Assembly: GCA_951406725.2 (NCBI GenBank)
Contig: OX597830.1
Span: 75,454,001 to 75,518,000 of the forward strand
Length of the DNA stretch: 64,000 bases
DNA from: Octopus vulgaris
Taxonomy: Eukaryota
Reading direction: 5' to 3'
This document shows, in pieces, positions 39,833 through 54,595 of this stretch. Numbering within the stretch: the first letter of the stretch is position 1; every line of letters starts with the position of its first letter. The notes below the pieces were generated by a model that saw only the letters and a list, made by a program, of their open reading frames with translations, had not been told where the DNA came from and did not search any database. Made by a program: the position numbers and the translations under genes.

Positions 39833-40373
39833 ATACATACGAGGTGCCGTATTGCAGATGGAAGATAATGAAGAGGAGCGAAACAGCATTTGCTTCTGTA
39901 AGCTTTTTATTCACTAAATATTTGGTGCTATAACTATATGGTTTACGTGCATGAAATTTACGGGAGGTATGAACCTCAAATACCCCATATAACGAGAAAC
40001 CATAGATTATGGAACCAGCACAGTTTGACATTTAGATGTTTCGATAACTGTTGACCTCAACAGTCATAGTTGAACTAAGAGCAGTTAATCGTTTAGTAAA
40101 GCAATAAATACAATATTTGTTAACAAATATGAGTCGTTGATATATAAACAAAGAAACGAAGTGGTCACTTTATATATATATATGTTTGCGTGTATGCACA
40201 TACACACACACATAAACACGCACAAACACACACATCCACACACATGCATACATACACAAGCATATACTTATGCATATGTAAATATATGTGCATAAACACA
40301 TACTTATACATATGCATATGCAACGTGTATATCTCAAAATAAATGTTTAAGAACGCTTATATATGTGCATGTA

Positions 40374-40426
<53 letters not shown>

Positions 40427-41067
40427 ACACATACATGCATACATGTATGTATATTCAAACACACCATCTCATGCCCGTACACACACACACACACATATTT
40501 GTATACGAATGCATAAGTATATTTAATCAGTTCACTATGTGTATGTTGAAATCAATTTTTCCATCAAATAATGTGTGTGTGTGTGTGTGAGCGAGTGTGT
40601 GTGTGTGTGTATGTGTGTGTTTATTTAGATTTAGCACTGTAAATTCACAAAATGTTTTTTAAAAACAACATAAACAATATTATGTAAGTTAAGAATATAA
40701 CTTTTGATTATCAATACACACATGTGCTTTCTTATAGATAGAACTGAATATTTTTTCCTTACGTAAAGTTTGAATAGAAGCATAAAAATATTAAAAATTG
40801 TGAAATATTTCTATCTTTTCTTTCTTCTTTTCTTTTTTCTGTTTTTTTTTTGTTTTTTGTTTTTTTTTGTTTTTTTTTTTGTTTTGGTGGTGAGGATATC
40901 TGAAAATCGAAGTTCTGCATGCAAGTTTGAAAAATAAAGATATACTTTATTATGTATGAATGTATGTATATATATGCATACATTTCACCACCGCCATACC
41001 CAGCCACCAACACACACATATTTTTGCATTTATATATACATATACACTCATACATACCCACTCACGG

Positions 41068-41128
<61 letters not shown>

Positions 41129-41440
41129 AATAAATATATATATAAAAATGTACAAATATATATGCGTGTGCGTGTCTGTGTTTTTGAGTGTGTATTTGTA
41201 TTTTTCACACGCATGTGTTTAGGTCTTCGATTTTCACTCATTCTTACTTACATGTCTACATTTACACATCCACACACACACACACACACGCGCCTACACA
41301 TACACACACACACATATATATATATATATGATTACTCATATATTTAATTTAAATTATTCAACGTAGATGTAAGATCGTCTAAGCGGTAGTGGTGGTGGTT
41401 TTTGTCGTGGAGATGACGATGATGAAGGTGGTGGTGGTGG

Positions 41441-41471
<31 letters not shown>

Positions 41472-42017
41472 ACGGAGATGGGAGCAGGACGGGGAAGTAC
41501 TGTAGGAGGACGAACGTGCCAAAGATGAGGATAATGATGGTGATTGATGATAAGAGAAGCGAGTCGAAGGAAACGAAATCGAAACAATGCACATAGATGA
41601 CTTCAAAAGTGAAGGAAGGATAAATAAGAAGAACAAAGAAGAGGAGAAAGACGGGGAAAAGGAAGAGCTGGAGAGAAGAGGATAGGAAGAAGGGACAGCA
41701 AAAAGAAAACGAAAATAATGAGAAATATTTGGGGGCTCATTATAAATATACAGAAGTCAAGAAGCTCCTCCGAACAGTTTGACATGCTAGAAATAAAAGT
41801 CAAATAACTTTCAGATTTTACTTTTGCTTTCTTATGGAATGAACGACACAAAAGATTAAACTACTCCCTGTTTTATTCATCCTGATATGCAATAAGTTCG
41901 ATAGTACCGTGGTTGCCATATTCTTCTATTTTGCTAAAGTCGAACAGGTAATTTTGGAAAAGGAATAGTGTGATTGACAGAGAGTATTTCTGAGAGCGCA
42001 GAAAAACCGATTGCGAG

Positions 42018-42052
<35 letters not shown>

Positions 42053-42479
42053 GTATGCCTGTGTGTATATATATACGGACAGACAGACAGGAGTGGGTGA
42101 AAGAGAAGGAGGCAGATTAATTTCACGGATATATTTTTTATATCAACCTTGGAAAGATGGTGTAAAATTCGTCCTTCGTGGGAATTGAACTTGGGTCACG
42201 AAGATCTAGAATAAATAAAAGAGAAGGCATTGATCAGTGTGACTGATTTAAACTTTCGTGATTTAGCCGAACTATGTAACATTTGGTTGCTTGTAGATGA
42301 GACGGGATTCTTTAAGGCAATAAGGCCAAATTTTCATCCTTAATCTCATTCACTATGGATTTCCTAATATATTTGCTAACTTCTGTCACATAAAGCAAAA
42401 TATAGGCAAAATAGTAATAATACATTATCCATTCATTAATACTGTTTGCTTTTCCTCGCCGTACAATTATTTCTAATTA

Positions 42480-43330
42480 CCTTTTTAATCTTACGTCTTC
42501 AACCGGCCACAACCGAGATGTTTTTCGCCCTGAGGACTCCGTACCTCATTAGGTCCTTAATTTCATATTGCATTTCTCTGCCAATTGTGAGAATGCAGAT
42601 GAGTGGTTTGTATCATTTATGAAGATTTGTAACTCCTCAAAATTTAATATTCGATATGGTTCATTGTTTAGCACAATAGCAACAAAACCTACTCTGCATG
42701 AAGTAACTATAGTAAAAACGAAAAGGGGCCTGTATTCATAAATCTTCTCTTTGCTCGTGCTTTCACGCTATGAAATGTTTTGCGTTCACATGAAAAATCT
42801 GGTATAGTTCCGTCCTACTACATTAGGACGGCGAATTAAAAGCGTCATAAGAAGGTAGAATAAACTGCTTTGCAAGTTCAGATTTCATCGTGGTAAACTT
42901 TGGCTTAAATACATTCTGGATTAACAGAATAAAGTACCATACAAAAATCATGGGTTGACTGATTTGGTAGGCCATCAGGTGGAATGCACCGTGGCTTTTT
43001 ATTTTAAATTTTGAGCCCAGAGGTCTTGATTGCAAGGATTTATTAGTTATTCAGTTTAACAGTAGCTCCTGATTCTTGGGTTCCTTTGGTGAGGATCGTT
43101 GCGTCGCAATGATCTGCAATAAGATTTCTGGTTTGAGGACAAATTCTTCAAACCCCTCGACTAGACCCGGCGGCCCTTTCAATGATATTAAACACAAGCG
43201 CAAACATTCCCACACTGATTAAACAGTAAAAAGTAGTATTACATAAAATGAACACTAAATTAATTATACTTTTCTTCTTTCAGCTTTGTTTCCCTTTCAC
43301 GCCGAGTGCATACCCGGCACCGAGGACAAA
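42480..43330 (+). mobile_element. Possible very old piggyBac transposase remnant
   Basis: ADEWFVSFMK (cf. VDExMVxFKGR) near 42595 and a tacaaaaatcatgggt..gatttggtag segment (cf. YNKxMGGVDLxD) near 42940; weak. Confidence 0.3.
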
Positions 43331-43455
43331 GAAATTCACTATATACTTGATAAGCTATTAAAATAAACACACCAGGTTGTTCAGTTACAAAATCAAAAGA
43401 AGTTAATATTTACATTATTTACATTTGATGGATATTTGTCGTCATCTTGTTTGTT

Positions 43456-43501
43456 GTTAACACGTTTCGGCTGGTATACCCTCCAGCCTTCATCAGGTGT
43501 C
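43456..43501 (-). ncRNA. Minimal type-I hammerhead (canonical core, 3-nt deletion at cleavage site)
   Basis: GACAC-CUGAUGA-A-GGCUGG AGGGUAUA CCAGCC-GAAA-CG-UGUU. Confidence 0.8.
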
Positions 43502-43563
43502 TTGGGGAAATTTCGAACCTGGGTTCTCATTCCTAAGGTATTTTTCGATGTTATTGTTGTTGT

Positions 43564-43619
<56 letters not shown>

Positions 43620-43668
43620 CATCGAAAAATACTTTAGGAATGAGAACCCAGGTTCGAAATTTCCTCAA

Positions 43669-43714
43669 GACACCTAATAAAGGCTGGAAGGTACGTCAGC
43701 CGAAATGTTGTGTT
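43669..43714 (+). ncRNA. Minimal type-I hammerhead (mutated core, intact stem I)
   Basis: GACAC-CUAAUAA-A-GGCUGG AAGGUACG UCAGCC-GAAA-UG-UU-GUGUU. Confidence 0.7.
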
Positions 43715-44743
43715 AACAACAAACAAGATGAAGACAAATATCCGTCAAATATAAATAATGTAAATAATGTGGATAATTCATCTCTTAAATATAGAACTGC
43801 AAAGGAAGTTATGTTGAAAAGATGTAATTATAATTCGTAGTGACATTTCACACGTCTGTACGCTCTGAGATCAAGTGCTACCGAGGTGGACTTTGCCTTT
43901 CATCATTTCAGAGCATTGTGTTCTTGAGCAAGGCATTTTATTTAATATTGCTCCAGTCTTGGTAGTTGAAAATGAGTATCAGCTTCTAAAGCGCTTGATT
44001 TTCCTCCTCCAGAGTATAAGGTATTTTTCTATGGCCATTTTGGCGCCGGATCTTTGGCGTTGCTGATTCGACGCTGACCCATTTGATATGAGACGTTTTA
44101 ATGGTTCTCTCGTTCTCTTTCACTTCCGCCTCTCTCTCTCCCCTTTCTCTGTTTATGTGTTCATATTAGAAGATGGTAGTATTTAACATAAATCCTGTTC
44201 AATTAATAAGTTGTAATTTTTCCCTCTCTCTCCTTCCCTATACCTCACTCTTTCTATTTGTATTTATATATTTCTGCACGAATATGCGTGTGGGTCTACG
44301 CGCGCGTGTTTATGCACGTGTGAATCTGTGTATGTTTGTATCTGTGCGTATGCGTATTTGTTATTTTTCCAGCGCCAAAATGTACTGTCACAAAAAACAG
44401 ACTTAATGTCCAATCCACCGTTCTAAACTCTCAGCCTGCGTCGTCTCATTGCACTCCCCCCAGCAGACACATTCTTAACCTTTGATTGGGTAATGAAATG
44501 TCATGCTCGTTAACGTAATGATATCAATTATTTATCAAAACTTAGACTTGATATCCTCTGCTACTGCAATACTTTTCACAACGTCTCCTGTAGGAATGGT
44601 TTTCATATCCACCATTATAGTGTTTGATTCTTGCTCTGAAAACAACTGTTTGATGAAATACATGAAAAAATTAAGAAAATCTTAAAAATATTCCTTTGTA
44701 AAATGTGTCACGGTGTTGTCTGCTGAACATATATGATATAATG

Positions 44744-44819
<76 letters not shown>

Positions 44820-45743
44820 TATATTATTTAATCACTCTTTCCTTTAACAATTAATTTTTAAATTTGTCTAAATCAAAATTCTCCTGCAAACATGAATGGA
44901 ATATTAACAAACATTCATCCAATTGTCAACGTTTCGCAATGAATGGCTAACACCAAAATAATACCAGTGTCGCGCCACCCTGGTGTACAATATCAGTTAC
45001 ATAAAATATCACAACGAGGAATACGAATTTTACACCCTTATGACAGTTCTTTTAATCAAAATAAAAACAACTGTACAGAAGATAAATTTGAGACACCGTG
45101 ATTACATAACGTACTTTGTTTATGATAAATTTATGATTACATTATTTATTGTAGAATACTGTTTCAAAGTTTTGTCTATATCCACTGGATCAAGCATTTT
45201 CCCCAGCAACACAACTATAAAATATAAGACATACGAAATATACTAGTAAAATAAGAGCAAATATTTTGCAAATGTGCGTCTTATGCGCCGGCATATGCGA
45301 TGCCTCTGTTTTCTAATGACTTCTGAAGTTGACTTAGATGTCAACCTGCCATTATGTGACAAGGAATATACTTCATCAATAGAAACTGTGCTTATCTTAA
45401 AGTAAAAATGGATTTTAACCATCAAGCATGGTTGCACGTAAACCTGATGCTGTATAACCATACCTATTGCATATCACGACTTTCAGGAATATAAGGTAAT
45501 GGTGTTTCTGGCAGTGGCGAAGTTCTTACCATCCTTTCAGCAGTCATATTCATGTCAAATTACGTTTACTGCACAAATGAGCGCCGTTACATGTACCTTG
45601 ACTACATGCAGTATTTTCTTTTGGACATGTGTTTTTCATGCTAAAATTTGTTTGTATTTTTACTATCATTAATTTTTGTAATTATATAATATCATTATTA
45701 ATATTATCATCAATGTTATTACTGATATTATTATCAACATTAT

Positions 45744-45784
<41 letters not shown>

Positions 45785-46181
45785 ACAAAATCTTAATTCA
45801 GCTTACCTGCCTCCCTTCCAAATTATATCAAAATAAAGACTAAACAAAAAAGTTTATAATTATGATTTTTTTCCTTCATTATTTTTTGTTTTTATGCAGC
45901 ATCACAAGAAAAAACCCAACAACAACAACATTCTAAACATTAATAAAAACAATTAAAAAAAGAAAGAAAGAAATTCTAATGGCCATGCATGGTGTATCAA
46001 AATCTTGATATTCTTTAAACGGCAAAATGAATTTAAATAAAGTCCAGATGAAACGCGATGGAAGTTGCATAGGAACAGAGCAAAATAGCGCTAGGTCTAT
46101 TTGATTACATATAAACATATTCATACACTCATACAAGGATATATACAAACATACACACTATATATATGTATGGTTATACGT

Positions 46182-46285
<104 letters not shown>

Positions 46286-46483
46286 ATATACATGCATATA
46301 TATATATATATATGTATGTATATATCTGTATGTGAGATATTGTGTGTGAGTGTGCCTGTGTGTGTATGGATATACGTACACATACACATTGCATATAAAG
46401 AAGCAGATATATACGCGTACAAAAGTATATGTCAGCGTAAACAAATACATACGTATATATATATGTCTGTGTGTGTCTGTGTA

Positions 46484-46531
<48 letters not shown>

Positions 46532-47080
46532 TGTGTGTATGTATATACATATATACACTCACTCACACACAGATGCATTTATACACAAACGTATAAACAC
46601 GCACACACCCACACATATATATACTCACATATATAAATACATATAAACATGTTTTCTTATGGAAGTATTTCAGCGCCTTCATGCCCGTGTACGTGTATCA
46701 ATCTGATTACGTGTGCATGTGTGTATGTGTCGGGGTGTGAGTGTCTGTGTTTGTGTGCGTGCATGACCGTGTGAGTGCGTCGTAGTGTGACTGCGTATGT
46801 GTGAGTGTGTGTGTGTGTGTGTTTTTATGTCTGGGTGTTTAGGAGACTATCTACGTATATGTAAGTATGTGTGAATACCGTTTTCTTTTCTTTTCTTTCC
46901 TTTTCTTACTCATTTCTCGCTTTTATTTCCATTTTCAAGATAAAATCACATTCTTTGCTGTTGGCGTGGTCATTATAAGCAATAGAGCTTCACAGAAATA
47001 CGCTATTACACATACACACATGTACACATACGCACACACGCAAACACACACTCACAAAGATTTACACAAAGACATTTCAC

Positions 47081-47120
<40 letters not shown>

Positions 47121-47263
47121 TACATGCTCATTCGTACATATGAACACATACATATATGTATATCTAATGTATTTTTGGTACATTTAGCTTTCTTTTACCT
47201 TTTTTCGTTGATAAAATTTTCTTTATAGAATTATATTGAAGTTATAATTTAAAAAGTTTAAGA

Positions 47264-47363
<100 letters not shown>

Positions 47364-47441
47364 TGTGTGTGTGTGAACATATACATGCATATATATATAT
47401 ATACATATATATTATATGCATATATATGTATACATACATAT

Positions 47442-47472
<31 letters not shown>

Positions 47473-47647
47473 CACTCATGTATATAGATAGACATATGTA
47501 CTTATGATCATACATGCGTATATGCATGTGCACAAACTTGCACGTATCATATTACTGTATGTATATGAGGGTACCTTTGTACGTATTTGTATGCGTATGC
47601 ATATATTCAATGGCGTCGATTATGAAGGTTGTATTGATGATGATAAC

Positions 47648-47681
<34 letters not shown>

Positions 47682-48066
47682 GGTAGAAGAGGCGGAGGTG
47701 GTGGAAGAGGAGGAAGAGTAAGAATATGGCAGTCATAGTAATATTGATAATATATATATATATATATACATGTATCAATAAAAGTTACCACCATCATCAT
47801 CATCGTATTCATCAAGCTTACTGCTAGTTCATTACCACTATAATTAATACTGCGTTCATTATTTACCATCATCAACATCGTCATCATCATCACCACCATT
47901 ATTATCACCATCATCAGCATCATCCTTCTTTTTCTTCTTCTTCACCTGATTTTCTTCTTCTTCTTCTTCTTCTTCTTCTTCTTCTTCTTCTTCTTCTTCT
48001 TCTTCGACTTCTTCTTCTCCTCCTCCTTCTTTTTCTTCTCCTTCTTTTTCTTCTTCTTCTAATTAC

Positions 48067-48139
<73 letters not shown>

Positions 48140-48469
48140 GTTGTTGTTGTTGTTGTTGTTGTTATTTTTTTGTTCGGCTAAGAATTGTAGGCATGTTATT
48201 GTAAGTAAATTTTCAGATGTGGGGTTGTTTTTTTCCCCTCTCCCTCACTCTCGGTCTCTCGCTATAATTATATATTCATATCTGCAGGAGTATGTACACA
48301 CACACACACACACACACATACCAATATATATATAGATATATATATATATATGTGCGTGCGTATACATATATACGTGTATATATATATATACACGTATACA
48401 TATATACGTGTATATATATATATACATATACGTATATGTACATATATATATATATATACATACATACAT

Positions 48470-48502
<33 letters not shown>

Positions 48503-48503
48503 G

Positions 48504-48580
<77 letters not shown>

Positions 48581-48701
48581 TTTGGCCATTACGTTTTGCT
48601 TCTTAATCTATTCATCAACATTTTTGCATAATACTGTGGTGAGCTCAATGAATGTTGGAGGAGAGATGGAAGGGGAGAGAGATGTAGTGAGGCAGGGACA
48701 C

Positions 48702-48743
<42 letters not shown>

Positions 48744-48849
48744 ATGAGAGAAAGAGAAAGAGAGAGAGAGAGAGAGATGTTAGAAAACGTGTAAAGTGTG
48801 CGTGTTGGAGTGGTGGATAATTTGAATAGAAAAAGAACAAGTTGTGAAG

Positions 48850-48886
<37 letters not shown>

Positions 48887-49014
48887 TCATATATATGTTC
48901 ACATGCATATATATATATGTGTGTAGATGAGTATGTATGTATTTATGTATGTATGTATATGCCGATGCGTGCGAGTGTGAATATAAGCGTTTTGTATATA
49001 TTTATATATGTATG

Positions 49015-49206
<192 letters not shown>

Positions 49207-49666
49207 CTGAGAGTATGTGAGATAGGGGGTGGCCGAGAAAGTGTGAGACAGTGTGAGATAAATATGGGCGGATAGATGTGAGGGAGCGCTATACTTTCGC
49301 TGGGGAGAGAAAAAACGATTAAGTGAGAGACGTTTGGGACATTGCGTGAGAATACTATGAAAAGAGAAGTAGCAGAGAGACAAAGAGCAAGAGAATGGTG
49401 TGTCAGAGAAGAAGGGAGAGGGTTATGGAAAGTTATGCCGAGTTGAATGAAAACTATATTGAAGATATATATAAAAGAGAATAAAGCGAGATTGAGAGAG
49501 AGAGAAAAAGAAAGAAAGCGAGAGAGTGAGAGAGAGAGAGAGGGAGAGAGGGAGAGAGAGAGCGTGTGAAATAGAGATCAGAAGATCTATAGTGTATAAG
49601 AGAGGATTATAAGATAAAATCTTGAGGGAAATGCAAGGGATTAAATAAAATACACACACACATATG

Positions 49667-49701
<35 letters not shown>

Positions 49702-49894
49702 GTATATATATATACATACACACACACACACATATATATATATAAATGTATATATATATATATATATATATATTCATATATACATATGTGTGCTTGCATA
49801 TATGTGTATATATATAAATACATATATATATATTTATATATATATATATGTATATATATATGTATACACATACATACACAGATCACTATATATG

Positions 49895-50022
49895 CATACA
49901 TACATTCATACATTCATATATACATACATACATACATACATACATACATACATACATACATACATACATACATACGTACTTACATACATACATACATACA
50001 TACATAAATACCTACATGCATG

Positions 50023-50054
<32 letters not shown>

Positions 50055-50117
50055 CATACATACATACATACATACATACATACATACATACATACATACA
50101 TACATACATACATACAT
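49895..50117. repeat. (CATA)n microsatellite
   Basis: Direct reading. Confidence 0.97.
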
Positions 50118-50364
50118 AGAAACAGCTATATGAAGCTGAGTTACATACGCCCGAGTTTCATGCTGATTGGTATCAAAGAATAAGGAGACATATCAAATAA
50201 AATTCTGTCTTTTATAAACAAACATGCTAAACGTATAGTGTGTCACTATAAACGGAGAGAAATCTCAGCTTTCCCTCCATATAGACTCTTCATTTATATA
50301 TATATATATATATACATATGACACAATCCTGAGGCTCTGTATTCATCGCATTGAACTATATGTA

Positions 50365-50472
<108 letters not shown>

Positions 50473-50910
50473 TGTCTGTGTGTCTGTGTCTGTGTGTCTA
50501 TAGGTAAATCGAAACTGTTGTCCTCTTGCAGTACACCTGCTTATTCCACTATTACAGTCCTGTTTGTAGGTGTCATCGTTTTGGTATCGAACCGATGTAC
50601 ATTTTAGAGTTGAAAATTCTGGAATTATAGTTTATATAATCATTTATATAAAGAAAGCGGAAGCTGGGGAATTTATTGGTTGTATTTATTCTCCATTACA
50701 CTTATTTCACTTGCTAATAGAGGATTTACAAAGTTGTACATGTGGAATAAACAAGTAAGAAAGTTTCTATAAGGAAAGTCTTACATATGTATCCAACATG
50801 TACAACTTTGTGTAATGATATTAAATTACTATTTTCCAACTTCTTATTTTGTTACACACGCCTGTGCGTGTATGCATGTAAGTATGTATGTAGGTTTGTA
50901 TGTATGTATG

Positions 50911-51442
50911 CCTCTTCTATTTTTATAATTATTATACATCTTCCACCGAGGAGGGAGCCGGTTTCCAACAAAGATACAAGTCTCCATCTTTGAGCTGTAT
51001 TGAAGAGATACAAATTTACATTTGGAAATTGAGAAAAGTTCCAGGCACAGATTGCACTTGTAATGTACAAATTACTCGGTCGATTTTTCTTTCTGAAAAT
51101 CTCAGTTTATCCAGATTCTCATTTAAGCATTTGCAAACAAAACCTAAGGCTCCATTATTATTGGTATGAATATGAATTCATAGTCTGGATATAGAAGATG
51201 GAGTTTTCGAAGCAGTTGTACATAGATATCCTCTTTTCTTTTGATTTTCAAGGAGATATTTATATCTGACGGGCAGCTGACCTCTATGACGATATATATA
51301 TTTGCCCTTCCGTCCCAAGCAACGATATCCGGCCTGTTATGTTTACATTTGACAGAAGTTTTGATGGAAATATTCCACTAGTATTCCTTGAGTCGGTGTT
51401 TATGAATATATTCCATAACATGGATTTTCTAAGTTTATTTCA
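50911..51442 (-). mobile_element. R4-clade RLE-LINE 3' fragment (second (CATA)n subfamily)
   Basis: KEY*WNISIKTSVKCKHNRPDIVAWD..IEVSCPSDINISLKIKRKEDIYVQLLRKLHLLYPDYEFIFIP..GALGFV, homologous to 23153-23575; (GTAT)n on both flanks; different 3' UTR. Confidence 0.85.
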
Positions 51443-52139
51443 TGTGTGTATGTATGTATGTATGTATGTATGTATGTATGTATGTATGTATGTATGTATG
51501 TATGTATGTATGTATGAATGTATGTATGTATGTATGTATGTATGTATGTATGTATGTATGTTTGTATGTATGTATGTAACAAAGATGAAATATGAATTTT
51601 CAGAGTGACCAATGGCATATATTTGAACATTAAAAATGAATAAGGGTACAGATTATGATACACAGGATAAATTAGTTATTAATTAAAATTAAGCTGAAGA
51701 GAGTACAGCAATCCTTTCGTAGCAATTGTTATCAACATCAAATGATAAATTGGAAATAATTTCATAAACTTTGAAATATCCCTAATTGATATATCATTAA
51801 AGAAAAAAACAAGCTAATTTGCTGAAAACAACAAGACGCCTGTTGATACCTGTTTCTGCCTTAATCGACGTTATCCGAACAGCGCCTACGTACATTATCT
51901 TTCGAAGATGAGACGATTAAACATATACAAAACAGTGGAATTTATCTATGGCTTAATAGAATCGTGATTGAAATGAAAATTAAGGAAAAGAAATTATGCA
52001 GAGGAGCCGATGGTATGTATTTCACCAAAAATATTAGAGGTAGATGAACATACATTATAAATTATAAACTTACTGAAATTATCTCCACTTCCAAGGAGAG
52101 TAGAACAATGATTTAGTAGGAATTTATAACAACTCAAAA

Positions 52140-52410
52140 TGTAAATTTAATTTGCCAAAATATTTTCATCGCTTTGAAACTGCGACCTATTCACTGACAA
52201 AATTATGTGCTGCTGCACGGAATTTTGTCAGCGAACAGCCCGCTCTCAAAGTGACGAAAATATCTTGGCAATTTAAATTTAAATGTTGAAGTGAATCTAA
52301 CGGTTTTTGTGTTTCTTAAATGGCTTATAAACACCTTCAACGCTGCAATCGTTTTCGTTCCAGCACACGATCTCCGATCAGATCACTTGCTATGCAAGTA
52401 CATTTCCGTA
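52140..52410. mobile_element. Inverted pair of the GUGAACA-hammerhead repeat
   Basis: 52140-52210 is the reverse complement of 52214-52284; the right arm continues as a full copy of 21286-21485. Confidence 0.85.
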
Positions 52411-52711
52411 AATAACACAAAATGAGTTGATCTCAAAAATGAAGAAGTTCACCAAAAGTGACATGTGAGACAACTCGACTCTGAATAAGCAAATATTTTC
52501 ACAGACACATTTAGATCTCCATAAAACTGGGGTATTCGTCCTTATTGACGTATATCACCAAATATCGGGGAATACCTGCAGCAGACAAACAATTCCAGCA
52601 CCGGTTGTAGAACACTTAAATCACGTGATTTTAGCGTGTTTACGCTTCATCATATGCAAATATACACTATCACTGTATGCTGGTCAAATTTCACCCGTGC
52701 CTAAATATATA

Positions 52712-52756
52712 TGCTGTTGATGAGACTCAGACACACAGAAATCACTTGATCTAGCA
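52712..52756 (+). ncRNA. Degenerate type-I hammerhead motif
   Basis: UGCUG-UUGAUGA-(decayed stem II)-GAAA-UCACUUGA-UC-UAGCA. Confidence 0.5.
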
Positions 52757-53021
52757 GTTCAACACCAATGCTAGACATGTTTTATCCACATTATGTATAA
52801 CTTTATTTTTTTATTAATTTTACATCCTTTGTTAAAATTCTGCCGAGATTGACTTTGTCTTTCATCCTATTGAAGTAGATCATATGAAGTACCACTGAAC
52901 TATTGAGGTCAGCTTGTGTACAAAGGTAAGCAGTCGAAGCTTTCTCCATTCAAATCGGTTCTCTTTGGGACTTGATGGTTAAAGTAATAATCTGATAATG
53001 AGAGCAATATTTCTCTATCTG

Positions 53022-53082
<61 letters not shown>

Positions 53083-53221
53083 CTCTGACTGACTGCAATA
53101 TTGGGCCCTCTTTCTGTGTTCTGTGCTGAGTTCAACTTCATACTTGATCCTTCTGGGTCTGGAAAGACATAGTAATACCCAGTAATGGGAGCGATTTCGT
53201 TCACTCTCAGTCTTTCTCTCT

Positions 53222-53253
<32 letters not shown>

Positions 53254-54460
53254 TACTTCTTCTCCTTTTTTCCTCGCTTCTTATATCTCTGGAAGCGATT
53301 GGGGTAGGTTAGTTTCCGACGTTTAAGACGTCATTGATGATATATATAAAGACGACTCATATACGAATCCATTAGAAGTTGAGAATCGAAGGCAAAGCTT
53401 GTTATAGAAGAGAAACGAAGGTTCATAGAGCATCTGTAAAGTTCTGCTGCGAAGTTCTTAGTGTGTCTCGGGTGTCAAGCATTATCAAGTTGTTCTCACC
53501 AATTAATATCAATTTCAACGCATTACAAACAATGTTGATCTCCAGGTTTGCAAAAACATATTTTGAATTTGTCATCTCTATACATATTGAATTTATTTCT
53601 TGCAGACGTTTATTAGCATCTATTGACGGAATACATATCCAAGTGATAGGATGAAGTAAGTTGAGAATATAGGAGATCTGTATGGAGACACGCGAAGTTA
53701 GAGCGAGCTGTACGGAACTGTACCGAATGCCTTGCATAGAAAACCGAGAACTATCAACGAGATCCAAAGCGCTTATACTTTTCAGCATATCAGATTTATA
53801 AATTTACAAGAGAGTAAATACGCATTTGAATGAATAGGAAAATAAAATACAATCTTACAGAATCGTACGATACTTCACGGAAATGTACGGAGCCGATCAA
53901 GAGCTACGCGTACGGAACCGTGCAAAAATCGAACAACTATGGTGTATAGATGTGAATGCGAACAACTCGGAGAAAAATGCTAGGAAATATCTAAACACAG
54001 ACGAACAGAGCTAGAAAATGCAAAGAACCACTATTGTATCGTACAATGTATGCTTTTTCAGATCAGCGCTTCAATTGATAGCCCTAAAGTCAAAATGCCA
54101 ACGCTCGGATGGTTTCGTACAAAAGATCTCTGTTATTAACTTCAATAAATTTTAAGACCCGTGTATGCTTCATCGTTTTTAGCATTTTAGGCTGGTCGGG
54201 TTGGCGAAGCTAGGAATGTTGTTCAAATAGATTCAACTTCTTTCTTTTATTGTCTTATTTCTTTACTTTTTCTTCTTCTTTCCTCCTTTTTCTTTCTTTC
54301 TTTCTTTTTCGCTGACTTTCTTTCATTTTCTCTTTCTCACAACATCTTTTGCATTCATTATACATCGCTCAATAATATCAATGGGGGACTGAAAGATGAA
54401 ATGTGTGTGTGTGTTTGTGCGTGTACGTGAGTGTGTATACATATATATCTATACATATTT

Positions 54461-54529
<69 letters not shown>

Positions 54530-54559
54530 TATATAAATGCACACATATATATGTTTATG

Positions 54560-54595
<36 letters not shown>

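Larger units (their letters stand above)
43407..43800. mobile_element. Inverted pair of a ~150-180 bp hammerhead-bearing repeat around an (AAT)n spacer
   Basis: 43407-43552 is the reverse complement of 43618-43766; ORFs on both strands read KNTLGMRTQVRNF. Confidence 0.92.
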
